Part shown: one piece after another, positions 36,301 to 49,290 of the stretch
Layout: each line of letters begins with the position of its first letter
Numbering within the stretch: position 1 is the first letter of the stretch
Assembly: GCA_976551045.1 (NCBI GenBank)
Contig: CDPCPM010000263.1
Coordinates: forward strand, 1,550,001-1,614,000
DNA from: Glaucostegus cemiculus
Lineage: Eukaryota
Direction of reading: 5' to 3'
Length of the DNA: 64,000 bases
Notes under the pieces: generated by a model
Databases searched by the model: none
Told to the model about the DNA's origin: nothing
The model's input: only the letters and a program-made list of their open reading frames with translations
Position numbers and translations under genes: made by a program

Positions 36301-36559
36301 TGCACTGTCCTTCAGTCTCCAGAGGACCTATCCATCAATTCAAATGAATGTGAAAACTTGGAAATACTGTGTCCAGAAAATCTTGAATCCTTGCACCCAG
36401 AGAGTATTGTATGAGGCAGCAGCACTATCAGATGCACCACTGTGCCGGCCCATGGCACAGACCATTCTTGACTTGCCTGCCCCAAGACCCTGTCTTATAT
36501 CCTAGGGATGGTAGGCTGCAGAACTATTCTGCTCTTCTCAGATCTGAGACCGCAGATTT

Positions 36560-36890
36560 TTAGCCTTGTCTGGTAAAGCTGGAACTTAATGCTTACCCCA
36601 ATTCCCTTAACTAGAGAATCACCTTCTTGATCACAGTGGTCTGTGTGGTAAATGTACTCCCATGGTACTGCTGGGTAAGGAGTTTCAGGACTTCTATTCA
36701 GTGACGATGAAAGAAGAGTAACACTAACCTCAAAGCAGGAAGTGCAACTTGGACAAGTGCGACATGTTCCTATTGTCCACCCATTTGTTGAGGTTGTGGG
36801 TTTGGGAAGTGATGTCAAAGAAGCACTGAGGAGTGGCTGCGTGCATCTTGTGGATGGTGCACACTGCAGCCTGGTTGCTCCTGTGGGCAA
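36560..36890 (-). mobile_element. Old CR1/L2-group LINE 3' end
   Basis: tgctgggtaaggagtttcagga..gcatcttgtggatggtgcacactgcagc. Confidence 0.55.
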
Positions 36891-38539
36891 GGGAGAATAT
36901 TTAAACCTGGAATGCCAATTGAGCAAAGTGGAGATACAGGAGACTGCGCAAAGCTTTATCCTGTATAACTATACATACAGATCTTAAAATCCCAAATTTA
37001 ATATTTGATACTTTGTCAAGATGCACAGGAGAGGAGAAAATTGATCTCAAAAACAACAATTATCAATATAATGATGTCACAAGTAACAAGCAATTGGATT
37101 GTGATTTTAATACTTTATCAGAAGAATAGGATTCCTTCAGCATTTAAGTAATAACCATTAAGGAGGCTACACAGTCTATCATGCCTTTGCCAGTGTTTTC
37201 AAAGAACCATTGAGTTAGTCCCACTCGCATACTCTTCTTCAATTTTGTTCTCCAAGTCTTTATCCAATCCCATCCTGAAGGCTAGAATTGAATTACTAAA
37301 GCAATAATCACAGCTTGTATTTAGGTGTCATTTTGAATCCTACCCTCTTGTAGAGCAAAATAATTTTTTCTTCATATTGTACCTGATTCTTTGCCCAATC
37401 ATCTTAAAGCTGTGCTCACTGTTTATTGACCCTTCACCCACTCACAAGAGTTTATCTTCACTTCATCTATTTAAATCCTTCATGACTTTAAAGATTTATA
37501 TCAGTTCTCCTCTCCACATTATATTTGACAAAGATTCATGAATGCAAGTAGAAACTAACAATTTAATGAGAAACTTAAAATATCTAACACATCTCGGATG
37601 GAATTAATCATGGGTATTTTTATTGAGACATAAAAATACCAATGAGCTGTGCCTAGGAACATTAATGGATTTCAATCTTACGCAGTGTAGACTTCCTGCC
37701 AGTAGAGGGTGATCCATCATGTTATTTGAAAAATCCAGATTATGGCCTCATAGGCAACATTCCTAGCCCACAAGGCAAGGTGACTTGTCCTCACAAAGTA
37801 TATGTTCATGTATAATTCTACATGGTACGACCAAGTGCTCAACCCTTTATCTCAAATGAAAATACTTGTTCTTACATAGTGCATTTCATAATTTCAGGGT
37901 ACCCCAAACAGGCAATGTTTTTGAAGTGATCACTTTGTTACGATATGGAAATATTGTTGAGTAGATAGTCCTATGTAATAAGGTCTTGTAATATTTTACC
38001 AATTGTTCAATAGATGTATTAAGTTTTGTACAGATGCTGAAAGGCCAAAAGTTGAGTTTCTGGCTGAGGTTAAATTACACATAGCAATTGCATTAATTTA
38101 ATTATCATGAAATTAAAGAATCTACTTGTTTGCTCAGTCATTAATGAAATGAGTATCTTCCTCCTTGTTGATCTACCAGTTGATTGCAAACTCCATAGCA
38201 AATATCCTGTAATAAGCTGTCTGCTCTAACATTTACTGCTGTAGAAAATAGGTTGGTTCAATGAGATTCTATACAATGATGAAGAACTTTCAATGGATTC
38301 AACTGCCTCTCATGGGCAGAATTACAAATATACCAATCCTTTCTCTTCCATTCCCACTGGGCAGAATTTCAACATTCCAGACACAACCCAGACAACATAA
38401 TAGCATGGAATTCCAGCCGTAAATTACTTCCCATTCAATCCCATTCTTATTCTGTATATAGAGAGACCACCCAATTAGGAAATGTTCTTCAGTTTGATAT
38501 TATTTTACACTCAGACTGTTCAGTAGATAATTTTGAAGT

Positions 38540-38825
38540 GATTGAAGGGGGTAAGTTCAAAGGAGATGTGTGGGGCAAGTTTTTGTTTTAGGGAGTGGTG
38601 GGTGCCTGGAATGTGCTGCCAGTGGTGGTGGAGGCAGATATGATGGAGGAGTTTAATAGACTCTTAGATAGGCACATGAATGTGCAGAGAATGGAGGGAT
38701 ATGGACATCGTGTAGGCAGAAGGGATTAGTTCAGATAAGTGTTTAATTACTAGTTTAATTAGTTTGGCACAACATTGTGGGCTGAAGAGCCTGTTCCTGT
38801 GCTATACTGTTCTATGTTCTATGAT
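38540..38825 (+). mobile_element. CR1/HER1 3' end
   Basis: gcctggaatgtgctgcca..tgtgggctgaagagcctgttcctgtgctatactgttctatgttctatg. Confidence 0.88.
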
Positions 38826-40719
38826 ACGTGTTTGCAATCAATGTTCTGTGTTCTTTGCATTAACCAAAATGAAAACAGAAATATTTATTATTTAAATTTT
38901 CACTACAATGGTGGGGTTGCTATATTTCAGTGGCCTTGGCTAACCCTGAGACTGCATAATCCAAACTCTTATTTTCTGAAAGTCCTACATCTGACTATGT
39001 ATTTTGTTGAAAGGACAACTGTATACAAATATATTCTCCTTTCTACATTAAACAAGTTTAGCCAATCGAAAAATCAAAGAAATGCAGACAATCCTAAGTT
39101 AAACAACCTGCTTACATCGACTTTATTCATGCCTCTCACCACTTACAATGTAAAATATCGAACATGCAAAAATTAAGAAGCTGAATGAAAGTCAGCTCGA
39201 TCGCCAGAGAAAGACTAGAAATGTCATGCCACGTTCTCCCAACCTCACTACATGCAACAACCACTCGTTCCCATAGGCAGGTAAATCTCCTGGGAGGGTC
39301 AAACAAAACAGTTAAGAGGGTTGAGACTCTAACCTTACCGCACAAATGATAGTTTCACTGACCACTAATACATTAACTGGTACTGGATGATTCTAGTTTT
39401 CACAATTTTGGATTTTGGGTTTGAGAAGATAATTAGTACAAGATAGGTTGTCAAATCAGTGAAGAGGCTGATTGTCACCATTAAAGAAAGTATCATCTAC
39501 TTGCTTGAATTTCTTTTGCTATTCAATAAGATCGTGACTAAACTTCTATTCTACATTCATGCATTGATTTCAGTTTTGAAAATATTCATCACATGAATAT
39601 CCACAGCCCTTTTAGACTTAGAACCTGTGCGCAAAGAAATTGTTGCTTGCTTCAGTCCTAACTGGCCAACCTCTTATTCTGAGAACTTCAATACTCTGCA
39701 AGCAATTTCTTAGCTTCTGATTTATTAAGCCCTGCTCAAAAGAGAAGAGGAAGGATCTAAGAATTTTTTCTCACACAGTGCATTTTGGAACACGCGCTGT
39801 AATATTACACACCTACTGAGGCGGAGAGTGTAATATCATTTGAAATGGATCTGGATAGGAAGGTGAAAGGATAAAGACACAGGTCAGGGATCTGGGATGG
39901 GAATGGACAGGTCCAGTTAAAGGACCGAATAATGGGCTAAAGAGACCAGATTTCAAGCTACAATTTCTGATTCCACACTTCCCTGCTCAAATTATTCCCT
40001 AGTGAAGGGTTCAAATCATTCTGCAACCTTGCCCATAGCAGCCAGATTTATTCCAAGAATTATTCACTCTCAGATATTCAGGATGTGTAATAGCAGATTC
40101 ACATGTCAGTTTCACAGCTACTGAAAGTGACATTTTCCATTAGTCCACTGGTTGGTCAGGCTTGGAAATTATATCCGTTCGCTTTGATTACTTCACTTTT
40201 AACGCTGAAAGTATGGCTATTATGCATATACATTTTCTAAAAGTCAAAGGAAAATATTCTTATTCTGATCCTCTAATGGACCACTGACCTCTTCATATAT
40301 TGAAAGAACCTCCTGATGATTAAAAATGCACTCAAACTCCCTTACATTAGATTAACCAAAATTAATGACTAGTCTGTACGTCACAAGTGCTGTCTTTCAT
40401 AATGCAGAATTAAAGTGCAGAATCAAATGAACGAATGTTTATAATGAAATGACTATTATTAATTTACCTTTGACTTTTTTTAGTAGATATTTCAAAAAGG
40501 ATTTCAAATTGAATGTCTGGAACATATGCTGTTCAATAAATTATTCAAAAATCATGCTTCGTTAGAGCTAATTAAAGGTGAGCTGATTGAAAAAGTGTTT
40601 GGTTTAGGGAAAGAGACTAAACTTGAACTGGAAATTGGAAGTTCATTTAGAGATGTGCATATTTAATTAAATAAATTTGTGTGGTACTATGGATGAGGCT
40701 TTGTTCAAGTATGAGTTGC

Positions 40720-41130
40720 GAGCGAAAAGAAATGGAAAATGTATATATATAGTGTCCCTCACATCTCTTTAAGGGTGTCTGAAAGTACATTACCACCAAT
40801 GAAGTACATGGGAAGTGCAGAATCCATCTCCACAGACTGCACTATGATAACAGCCAGGTGATTGTTCAATGAGATAAACATTGGTCAGTGAAACAGGGAG
40901 AACCCCATTACTCTACCTTTAAATAGTTCCAACTAGTCTTTATTATCTAGCCAAAAGAATAATGGTATCTTGACCTCATGCCTCATCTGAAATACAGTAC
41001 CTACAACTTTCTCATTTGTGCACTGCAATATCAGCGTAGATATTTTCTGCTCAAGTCTCTGAAGTGGGAGTTGAGCCCAACACATTCTAATTTGGAGGCA
41101 AAGGTCTAACCACAAAGCCACAGCTGATAT
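40720..41130 (-). mobile_element. Deu-domain SINE
   Basis: ctcatctgaaatacagtacct..gcactgcaatatcagc..gctcaagtctctgaagtgggagttgagcccaa. Confidence 0.6.
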
Positions 41131-42099
41131 CTTGTAAGAAGCGTGAGAACGCTTACCTCTGTTTTATCACAGCAGTCATTTTCCATTTACTAGCGACATT
41201 TGCTTCACATCAGTTGCTGTTCCCATCCCCATCCAACACACACAAACATGTGCACATGGACACAAACGCATGTACACAGCCACCTGCACACACAGTCCAC
41301 GTAAATTGCTGGCTGGATCTCCTCCTCTCTTTCTCTCTATTTCACGTAACCCTTTTCTTTAATGAGGGAAGTTTTTTTTAGGTAGTGATCATCTATTTCC
41401 AATTCTGACCAACTTTGATAAACTATCCCTTGATTCTAGAAAATATCCCAGAGGGGTAACAGTCCTTAAGGCTATTGGAATATCTGACAATTAGCTTCAG
41501 AAACCAGCTCATCTTATTCTTTTAACTGCTGTTAATGAAAAGCTGCTGGTATTCCACTGACACTATTTCTGAAAGCTTCATATTCCTGCCACCCCACACT
41601 ACTTAGCTGAAATGTCATTGGCTTATGCATCAGAGTCATAGAACCGAAGTGTTACATCAGTGAAATTTATAACAATCCTTATATCAAACATTTGCCAATT
41701 GGAAACTGTTGTTTATTTTCATACTTTTACTTTCCAAGACAATGTGGAATTTTGTGAATGGAAGTAGGATGAGCAATGATAATATTTATTCTGGGCTTTT
41801 ACAATTCGGATTGGATAGTATGGGAGTAAAACAGCCATTCAGTAGATAGAAAGGACCACATTCTATTTTGACTCCTTCACTGCAATGTCCAATCTTATTT
41901 TATGGTCTAAAGCACAATAAATAACATTTGGTTATTTAAAGCATTACACTTATCTTCTTCAGAAAGATGGCAATAACAAGAAATAAAATAAAATCAGGAG
42001 AGAGGCTGCTTGATTTGTTGCTCTTGCTTCAACTCCCTGAAGCCAAAAGGTGGTTCAACTCAGAGGACAGTGGGTGAATATTGGTGAAAACAAGCCCAG

Positions 42100-42595
42100 C
42101 CTATCCAATCACTTCCCATAACTAAACTCGCCCAATCCAGGCACTATCTTGGTGAATCTCCTCTGCACTCTCTCCAGCGCAACCACATCCTTCCTGTAGT
42201 GTGGTGACCAGAATTGCACACAATACTCTGTGCAGTCTAATGGTGTTTTGTAAAGTTGCAACATAATGTCCCAACGTTTCTATTCTGTGCCCCAACCTAC
42301 AAAGGCAAGCATGCCATATGACTTCTTCTCTTATGTCTACTTATGGCAGCACTTCCAGGGAACTAGGGATCTGAACCCCAACTTTCCTGTATTCATCAAC
42401 GTTCCTTGGTGCTGTACCATTTACTGTATATGATTTCCCAAAATGCATCATTTCACACTTGCCAGGATTAAATTTCAACTCCCAATGCTTCCCCCCACTT
42501 TCCATCTGATCTACATCCTGCTGTAACCTTAGACAACATTCCTCACTATCCACAACACCACCAACTTCTTGTCATCCACAAATTTACTAATCAAA
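42100..42595 (-). mobile_element. CR1 RT fragment
   Basis: DSEECCLRLQQDVDQME..WELKFNPGKCEMMHFGK. Confidence 0.85.
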
Positions 42596-42829
42596 CTGAA
42601 GTAAACTCAGCTTCTGATGAGTGTTGGAATACGTGAACTCCAGTGCAGAGAAGGAAACCAGAAAAAAAGGCAAGGATTAAGCCGCAGCATGGCACCTGAG
42701 AGAGATCCATCTGCCCATCACACATCCAATGGGCCAAAAGCAAAACTGTGCAGATGCTGGAAATCTGAATAAAAACAGAAGATGTTGGGAATATTCAGTT
42801 GGTTAGGTCACAACAAGATGGGCCCAGCA

Positions 42830-43330
42830 GTTAATTTTTTAAAATTTATTCCAAAATAAACTTTATTCATAATAAAATACAAACTATATACAATTATAAA
42901 ACAGTGCAAGCCTTTACATTCTTAAACAGATCATTCATTAGTGTTACCTTTTTATATAAAAAAGGTCAGCACCGATGCCACACGTGTGGCTCCCTGGGGG
43001 CTACCCAATCCCGTATTTACAATATTTAGGGGCTTTCTCGCCTGACCCTGACCCTGCCCCTCCCTCTCCAGTGGCAGAAGAACCCTAAGCTGCTATCCCT
43101 CCCCACCAAGCCCTTGCGTTGGCTGCACCCAGATTCAGTGCATCCCTCAGCATGTACTCCTGCAGCCTAGAATGTGCCCGTCGGCAGCATTCCCCTAAGG
43201 ACATCTCACAGCGCTGGAAGACCAAAAAGTTTCGGGCAGACTAAAGGGCGCCTTTCACTGAGTTGATGACCTTCCAGCAGCAGTTGATGTCTGTCTCCGG
43301 GTGTGTCCCCATAGATCAGAGAATCCTCAT
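42830..43330 (-). mobile_element. Tx1/L1-clade LINE 3' fragment
   Basis: Reverse complement homologous to 26690-26860 (CCWKVINSVKGAL*SARN..); AT-rich aataaagtttattttgg 3' end. Confidence 0.75.
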
Positions 43331-43381
43331 CAGTGCTAGATTTTAAATCAGTAACATTGTAGGCTTGGCCTTTTCAATTTG

Positions 43382-43688
43382 TGGCATGGTAGTGTAGCGG
43401 TTAGCATAACACTTTACAGTGCCAGCGACTCGGGTTCAAATCCGGCCACTGTCTGTAAGGAGTTTGTACGTTCTCCCCGTGTCTGCATGGGTTTCCTCCG
43501 GGTGCTCCGGTTTCCTCTCACATTCCAAAGACGTACAGGTTAGGAAGTTGTGGGCATGCTATGTTGGCGCTGGAAGCATGGCGACACTTGCGGGCTGCCC
43601 CCAGAACACAATACACAAAAAGATGTATTTCCTTGTGTGTTTTGATATACATATTACTAATAAAGGAATCTTATCTTATTTTATCTTA
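43382..43688 (+). mobile_element. Young V-SINE with Rex1-like tail
   Basis: ggtagtgtagcggttagc..gggttcaaatcc..V-domain; tail aataaaggaatcttatcttatt; possible TSD CAATT. Confidence 0.88.
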
Positions 43689-44059
43689 CAATTCAGTCCA
43701 TATAAGCTTTGTTGACAGTAAGCCAAAGGGCAACAAGATTGGTTGGGAGAGAAATCTCCATTGGTAGGTTTCTTTATTCATGTAACTGAATGACTGATCT
43801 CACTATCCTGAATAAGAGGTGGCATTGGTGGGAAATTAGATAATACCAGATTATAGGAATAAGTTATTCTGGCATGCACGCAGGTAATTGGAGGATAACT
43901 TTGTTTGTAAAAAATTAAAAAAAGTCCAATTGTGGATCTCCCTGCTATTTGTATTAGTAAATTAGAAATCAATAACAAACATGGTGAATGACTTGTATAA
44001 TTGGTTATCCGGGGGATGCATTGATTTTTGAGTGGACCTTCAAAACTAGCTACATAAAG

Positions 44060-44690
44060 ACAAAATTTAACATTTGCATTTATATAGCACTTTCCTCTGC
44101 AGAACAGCATGTCACAGGAGCAATAAAATCAAACTGCAATACTGAGCAATGTTTTAGGACCGGAAACTTGGTCAAAGAGATAAACTTTAAGTGTTAGCTC
44201 TTCCTTAGAGCTAAGTCTTCCTTAGAGGAAAGAGAGGTAGATTGGTGGGGAAGTCCAGGAAGATTTCCAAAGCTCAAGTGCCTTTGCATGAAAAGGCAAA
44301 ACTATCACTGATAGGCTTATTAAATTCAGGCAAGATCAAGAGACCAGAATGGGATGAGTGCAGATACTTCAGAGGGTTATAGTACTGGAAGAGCTTACTA
44401 AGGTGAGTAGGAGCAAGAAGACATGGGAATTAAAAGACATGAAGAAAAATGATAAAACTTTGACACTGATTTACTGAGAGCTAACTTGGTTCAGCAAGCG
44501 CAAGTGGCTATTGAGTGAGAGTTGGTGTGAGTTAGTAAAATGAGACCTCTATAGAAGGTGGAAAGAGGGAAAAGCAGCAAGAAGTGCACTTGACTAATCA
44601 AGTCTGGAGGTAACTAAACATGGATAAGGGCTTCACTAGCAGAGAAGGTGAAGTTGGAAAGGAATGAGAAGTAGAAATAAGCTGTCAATA
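44060..44690 (-). mobile_element. L2 LINE 3' fragment
   Basis: ttgcatttatatagcactttcc..aacttggtcaaagag..agtctggaggtaactaaacatggataaggg. Confidence 0.6.
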
Positions 44691-45859
44691 TATGATATAG
44701 GCACATGATTTAGCTTCAAAGTTTATTGATTTCACTTCAGCTTCTAAATATCTATTACATCAGTTAAAAAAAAGGATAGGCTGTTCACACATGGACTCCA
44801 TGCCAACCACAGGAAAGCTCTTGACTTTTAGTGAACGGTTTCAACATACACTGTTACTTATGAGTACCCAAATAAATCCTGGCTATATTCCAAGGGCTTA
44901 TGGTTGGGTGACCTTGTCTTTTTATAAAGAAATTTGTTTTGTTGGTGTTGTGTTCCTGTTGAATTATGTATATGATAAATTAAATCAGCCTTGCATTTTC
45001 ATTTACTCTGGTGATTTAAATCATCTGTGAGCTGAATTTTCTTTTGACCTTTTTGAAATCAAATCATGCTGCTCGTTACCAAGCATTTCCCCCCAAATTG
45101 TCTCCAGAATAAAAGCAGCTAATTAGGAGCGAGATCACGTGGTGTGCTGATGGAGGAACAGGCAGTGCTCGAAAGCTCCTGGGGGAAACTGGCTTTTTTA
45201 CTGCTTCCGTGGCGTCGCACATGATAAGAGCTGCATTCTTCTGCTGAGAGTGTTAAGAAACATGTGTTGTAAGGGCTACATCCTTGAGACCACAGGATAA
45301 TGGGGACGAGGAAAGCTTGTAAAAAAAAAATCACCTGTTGTTGGGATGAAGTAAACCAGTCTTCTTAGCCTATGGTTATGAAGCAGAGGACCCAGCTGAA
45401 AGAACGGGGTAAAAATTCCTAAGTACTCCAGCCAGCTGTTTGGAACATGCAATGGAGAATCATGCACTGGAGTGGGTCTCTGGCGACACAATGTTATGAC
45501 TTTTTTTTTGTTGTTTTGGGTGTAAAAGAGCAACATATTCAGCCAAACTAAATTACTTTCAAGCACATATCCCAGAATACTTTATCTAGCCTTGAATAAG
45601 GTATGGAGGAGTCATCATACTCAAACAGGCATTGGGTGGAGGAGGTGAGGAGTGTAGAATGGATCAAACTGTAGCACTCACTGAGCCACGTGAGATGAGA
45701 AATAAGACAGTCTTTAGCATCACAGGAGCAGCTGTTACAGATAGATATGGGATGCTGGTTTTCACTGATGAGCCACAAAGTAGGCTCATCAAGGAAGATA
45801 TGCTAAATCGTTGTAAATTACTGATTACGCCTCAGCCGAATTGAGAAAAATTTTGGATA

Positions 45860-46280
45860 CTTCACCTTAGGAAGGATGCCAAGGCCCTGGAAGGAGCAGG
45901 AGAGATTTACCACAATGGCCCCAGCATCAAGACACTTCAGTGGAGAGCCTGGAAATCTGGAATTGTTCAGAGAAGATTAAGCAAAGAATTAATGAAGATG
46001 TTCCAAACTATGAAGTGTTTTGATGGCTTCGATCAGAAGAAGCTGTTGCTGCTGGAAGGCAGCCAGCAATGTAAAGAAACTGTTTTAAGATAAATAGCAA
46101 GAAAACCAGGGGCAGTGAAAGAGGCACCCTTCTACTGATTGGGTTGTGGTGGGAGCAGGTTCTATAGTAAATTTCAAAGAGAGTTGGATGTACAAGGGAA
46201 AAATCTACATGGACAAATTAGATAGCTCTTTCAAAGAACCAGCACCATATTATGGACTAATAGCCTCTTCCCATCCTATC
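45860..46280 (+). mobile_element. Decayed CR1 3' end
   Basis: ttaggaaggatgccaaggccctgga..agagatttaccacaatgg..atagctctttcaaagaaccagcac. Confidence 0.6.
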
Positions 46281-48149
46281 ACTCCAAGCATTCGTCTCAT
46301 CTTCTTCTGAGATATTTGTAACCAGCTCGAGAAGGTAAAACTCTCATTTTCTGGTAATGTTGAGGGGAAGAGTGCACCAAGTTGTGAAAGACACAGTTCA
46401 GTGAAATCAGGACAATCCTTCACATGGACTGGGAAAGGTCAGCACTGTAATAGTTTGACAGCAAGGACGTGCCAGGGACGGGATGGATCCAAAAATATGT
46501 ATAACATGAGGTCATGAATGCTTAAACACAGGTTTGCCTCCTAACATTCAGGAGAAGTGTACTAAAATTCAGCACTCCTACATAAGGCCCTGAATACATT
46601 AAACAAGCTTCAACAGAGCTGCCTATATCTCAGTAATCCAGCAAGAGACAGCACCTTCTGGAGAATGGGACGGAATGGGATGGTTACTGAACCGTCCACT
46701 TAGCAATCTGTTTTTAAGATCTCCCCCTCCAGCACCCCTCTCCTCATCAGTAGTGTCTTCGTTATCTGGTAGTAAAGGAAGGATGAGGGAAAAAGTGCAT
46801 TTGGGAGGAGGAACAAACTTTGATTTACTTGCAGCCCCCTGTAATTCCTACAACAGTTTTCTTTTCATTAAGATCACAGTTAGAATGTAGCCAGCTATAA
46901 ATCCAGACTGAAGCCCTGGGTTTTGTGCCTGTAGCTCGGCAACCGAAGGAAGTGGAAAGTCATTAGGGAGGCTGGTTTTGTGTGTTAGAAGATGAATATT
47001 GCTGAAGTTACTGCCTATATAATCTATGAAGAGGCAGAGATAAATCCTCTGTTTGCCAAGCATAACAAATCCCATCGCAGCTACTGCTGACAAATCCACT
47101 TAACATCAGTACCCAGACTGTCGGCCCAGGTTTGGGCCAAGAGCTGTTATAATGATTTCTCTTTAGATCTTACGCTTGTCAGAACGTAATGGCTCATAAT
47201 ACAACTGGCAGATCTGAGCTTTATTGTGTGAGGGCTTTGTCAGTCTGGTTATTTTAGTATGGCTTCATTCCTTGTCTTGTCAACTTAATAATACTTAGTC
47301 TCGGCAAAGAAAATATCTGCTGCTATTACAGATGACAGTCTTCACCATTTTATTCAATGTAACTATTTTATTCTATAAAATCCAGCTGTCATAAAAATCT
47401 CCAAGAAGTATATCTTTAGTTTCAGAAATGTCCTTGTGAATCGTGTTACCATTCAGAAGGAGAATGCAGAGGCATTTGTAAATCTTTAATCTGCTGAGGT
47501 TCCTTCAACACAGATGTTCCACTCCTACCCCCTCCAACCTCAAAGCTCGTGTGTTTTTATACCTACTCAAAATATCCCTTCAGGCTGTGGGGTTTAATGC
47601 CGGTGATGCTCTCACTACAGGAAACCTTCTAAAGCCCCTGTAGCTCGAGAGTGCATAGCACTGAAGCCCAGTTTTGGAAGCTCTGTATTCAATCAGCTCT
47701 TAAATTAGTCTAAGTGAGGGATTCAGTCTCAGCTGGTGTCCCAAGCTCCAGCAACACAGCGTTGCTTGCACCCTTCACTTCTGGCTAGTGACAAGCAGTG
47801 TATGGTTAAAAAAAATATACCTCAATGCCTTTTGGGAAGGGAAAGGAGAAAATCAAAAGGAGGATTAGCAACTCAAGCTTTATGAAATAGCCAAGCCGGT
47901 TAACCAGGTGAAAAACTCTGGCTAATCTTTAACATTATTACTTTACTGTAAAATTCCTACTATTGCCCTGAAAGGGTTAATGGTGCTAAATAAAATTTAG
48001 TGCTTATCTGACTTAACATCTCTGGGAACTTGCGCAAGGCCCTGAGGTCAACATGACATGGTTTTCCTAACAGAAGCTGCAGGCTTCTAGATTCATGAGC
48101 CAAATATACTCTCCACGGCATTCCACACATAACATAATACTTTTAATTA

Positions 48150-48485
48150 ATTCACAGGATGTGGGAGCTGTTGGCATTTCTTTCCCATCTCCAGTTGTCC
48201 TTGACTTTCTGGACCACTACAGAAGGCAGTTCAGAATTAAGCACGCCACTGTGGGTCTGGACTCATGTACAGACCAGACGGGTAAAGGCAGCAAGTCTCC
48301 TTCATCACGAGACATTAGCAAACCAGATTTTTTTCTGTTAACACTAATCTTTTAATTCCAGATTTGTGCAATGAACTGAATTCAAATTTCCCTGCGACTG
48401 TGTTGGGATTTGAACTCACGACTCATGCCTTTGGATCATTAGTTCAGGGATCAGAATTACTCATCCAGTCATGGAACCACTATGA
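48150..48485 (-). mobile_element. tRNA-derived SINE
   Basis: ctgtgggtctggactcatgtacagaccagacgggtaaagg..gacattagcaaaccagat..gggatttgaactc. Confidence 0.7.
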
Positions 48486-48489
48486 ACTG

Positions 48490-49290
48490 TACCTTGGCAT
48501 GGCAACTGCTCTGCCCAAGACCGCAAGAAATTGCAGAGAGTTGTGAACAATCAGAAGAAGCTATTGCTGCTGGAAGACAGCCACTAATGTAAAGAAACTG
48601 ATTTAAGATAATTAGCGAGAAAAACAGGGTCAGTGAAGGAGAAACTCGAAGCTCCTGTGTTTTTAGATCTCCTCAAAATGTCTCTCCGGGCTCTGGGGTT
48701 TAATGCTGGTGATGCTTTCATGAAAGGAAACTTTCTAAATGCCCGGTAGCTAGAGAGTACACGGCACTAAAGCCCATTTTTGGAAGCTCTGTATTCAATC
48801 AGTTCTTGTGACCACAAGGAATTGCAGAGAGTTATGGACACAGCTCAGTCCATCACGCAAACCAGTCTCCTCTCCATTGGCTCTGGCTATGCTTCCTGCT
48901 GCTTTGGGACAGCAGCCAACATAATCAAAGATCCCTCCCACCCCGGTCATTCTCTCTTCCCCCCTCTCCTGTCGGGTAGGAGATACAAATGCTTGAAAGC
49001 ACACACCACCCAGACTCAAGGACAGCCCTATCCCACTGTTATCAGACTCTTGAATGGACCTCTCGTATGCTAAAGATGAAATCTGAATCTCCCAATCTAT
49101 CTTGTTGCACCTTTGCAATTTATTTGTCTCCCTGCACTGCACTTTCTCTGTAACCGTAACACTATGTCCTGCAATCTGTTTTCTTTTTACTACTTCAATG
49201 TACTTATGTCTGGTTTGATCTGCATGGATAGCACACAAACAAGATTTTTCACTGTATCTTGTTACATGTGACAATAATAAACCAATACCC
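48490..49290 (+). mobile_element. Rex1/Babar 3' fragment, family C, carrying a 257-bp locally derived insert
   Basis: DHKELQRVMDTAQSITQTSL..AANIIKDPSHPGHSLFPPLLSGRRYKCLKAHTT; tail aataaaccaatacc. Confidence 0.88.
48550..48806 (+). repeat. Diverged direct copy of 46032-46123 fused to 47536-47701
   Basis: atcagaagaagct.ttgctgctggaag..aatgtaaagaaactg and ..ttttggaagctctgtattcaatcag are shared with the two source segments. Confidence 0.9.

Noticed and set aside
37613-37640. 11-bp stem hairpin ggtatttttat-tgagac-ataaaaatacc
   Set aside because: AT-rich, single and without context; plausible by chance in 64 kb
43382-43455. tRNA gene (A and B boxes; also 12575 and 27050-27124)
   Set aside because: Continues directly into the V-domain, so it is a SINE head
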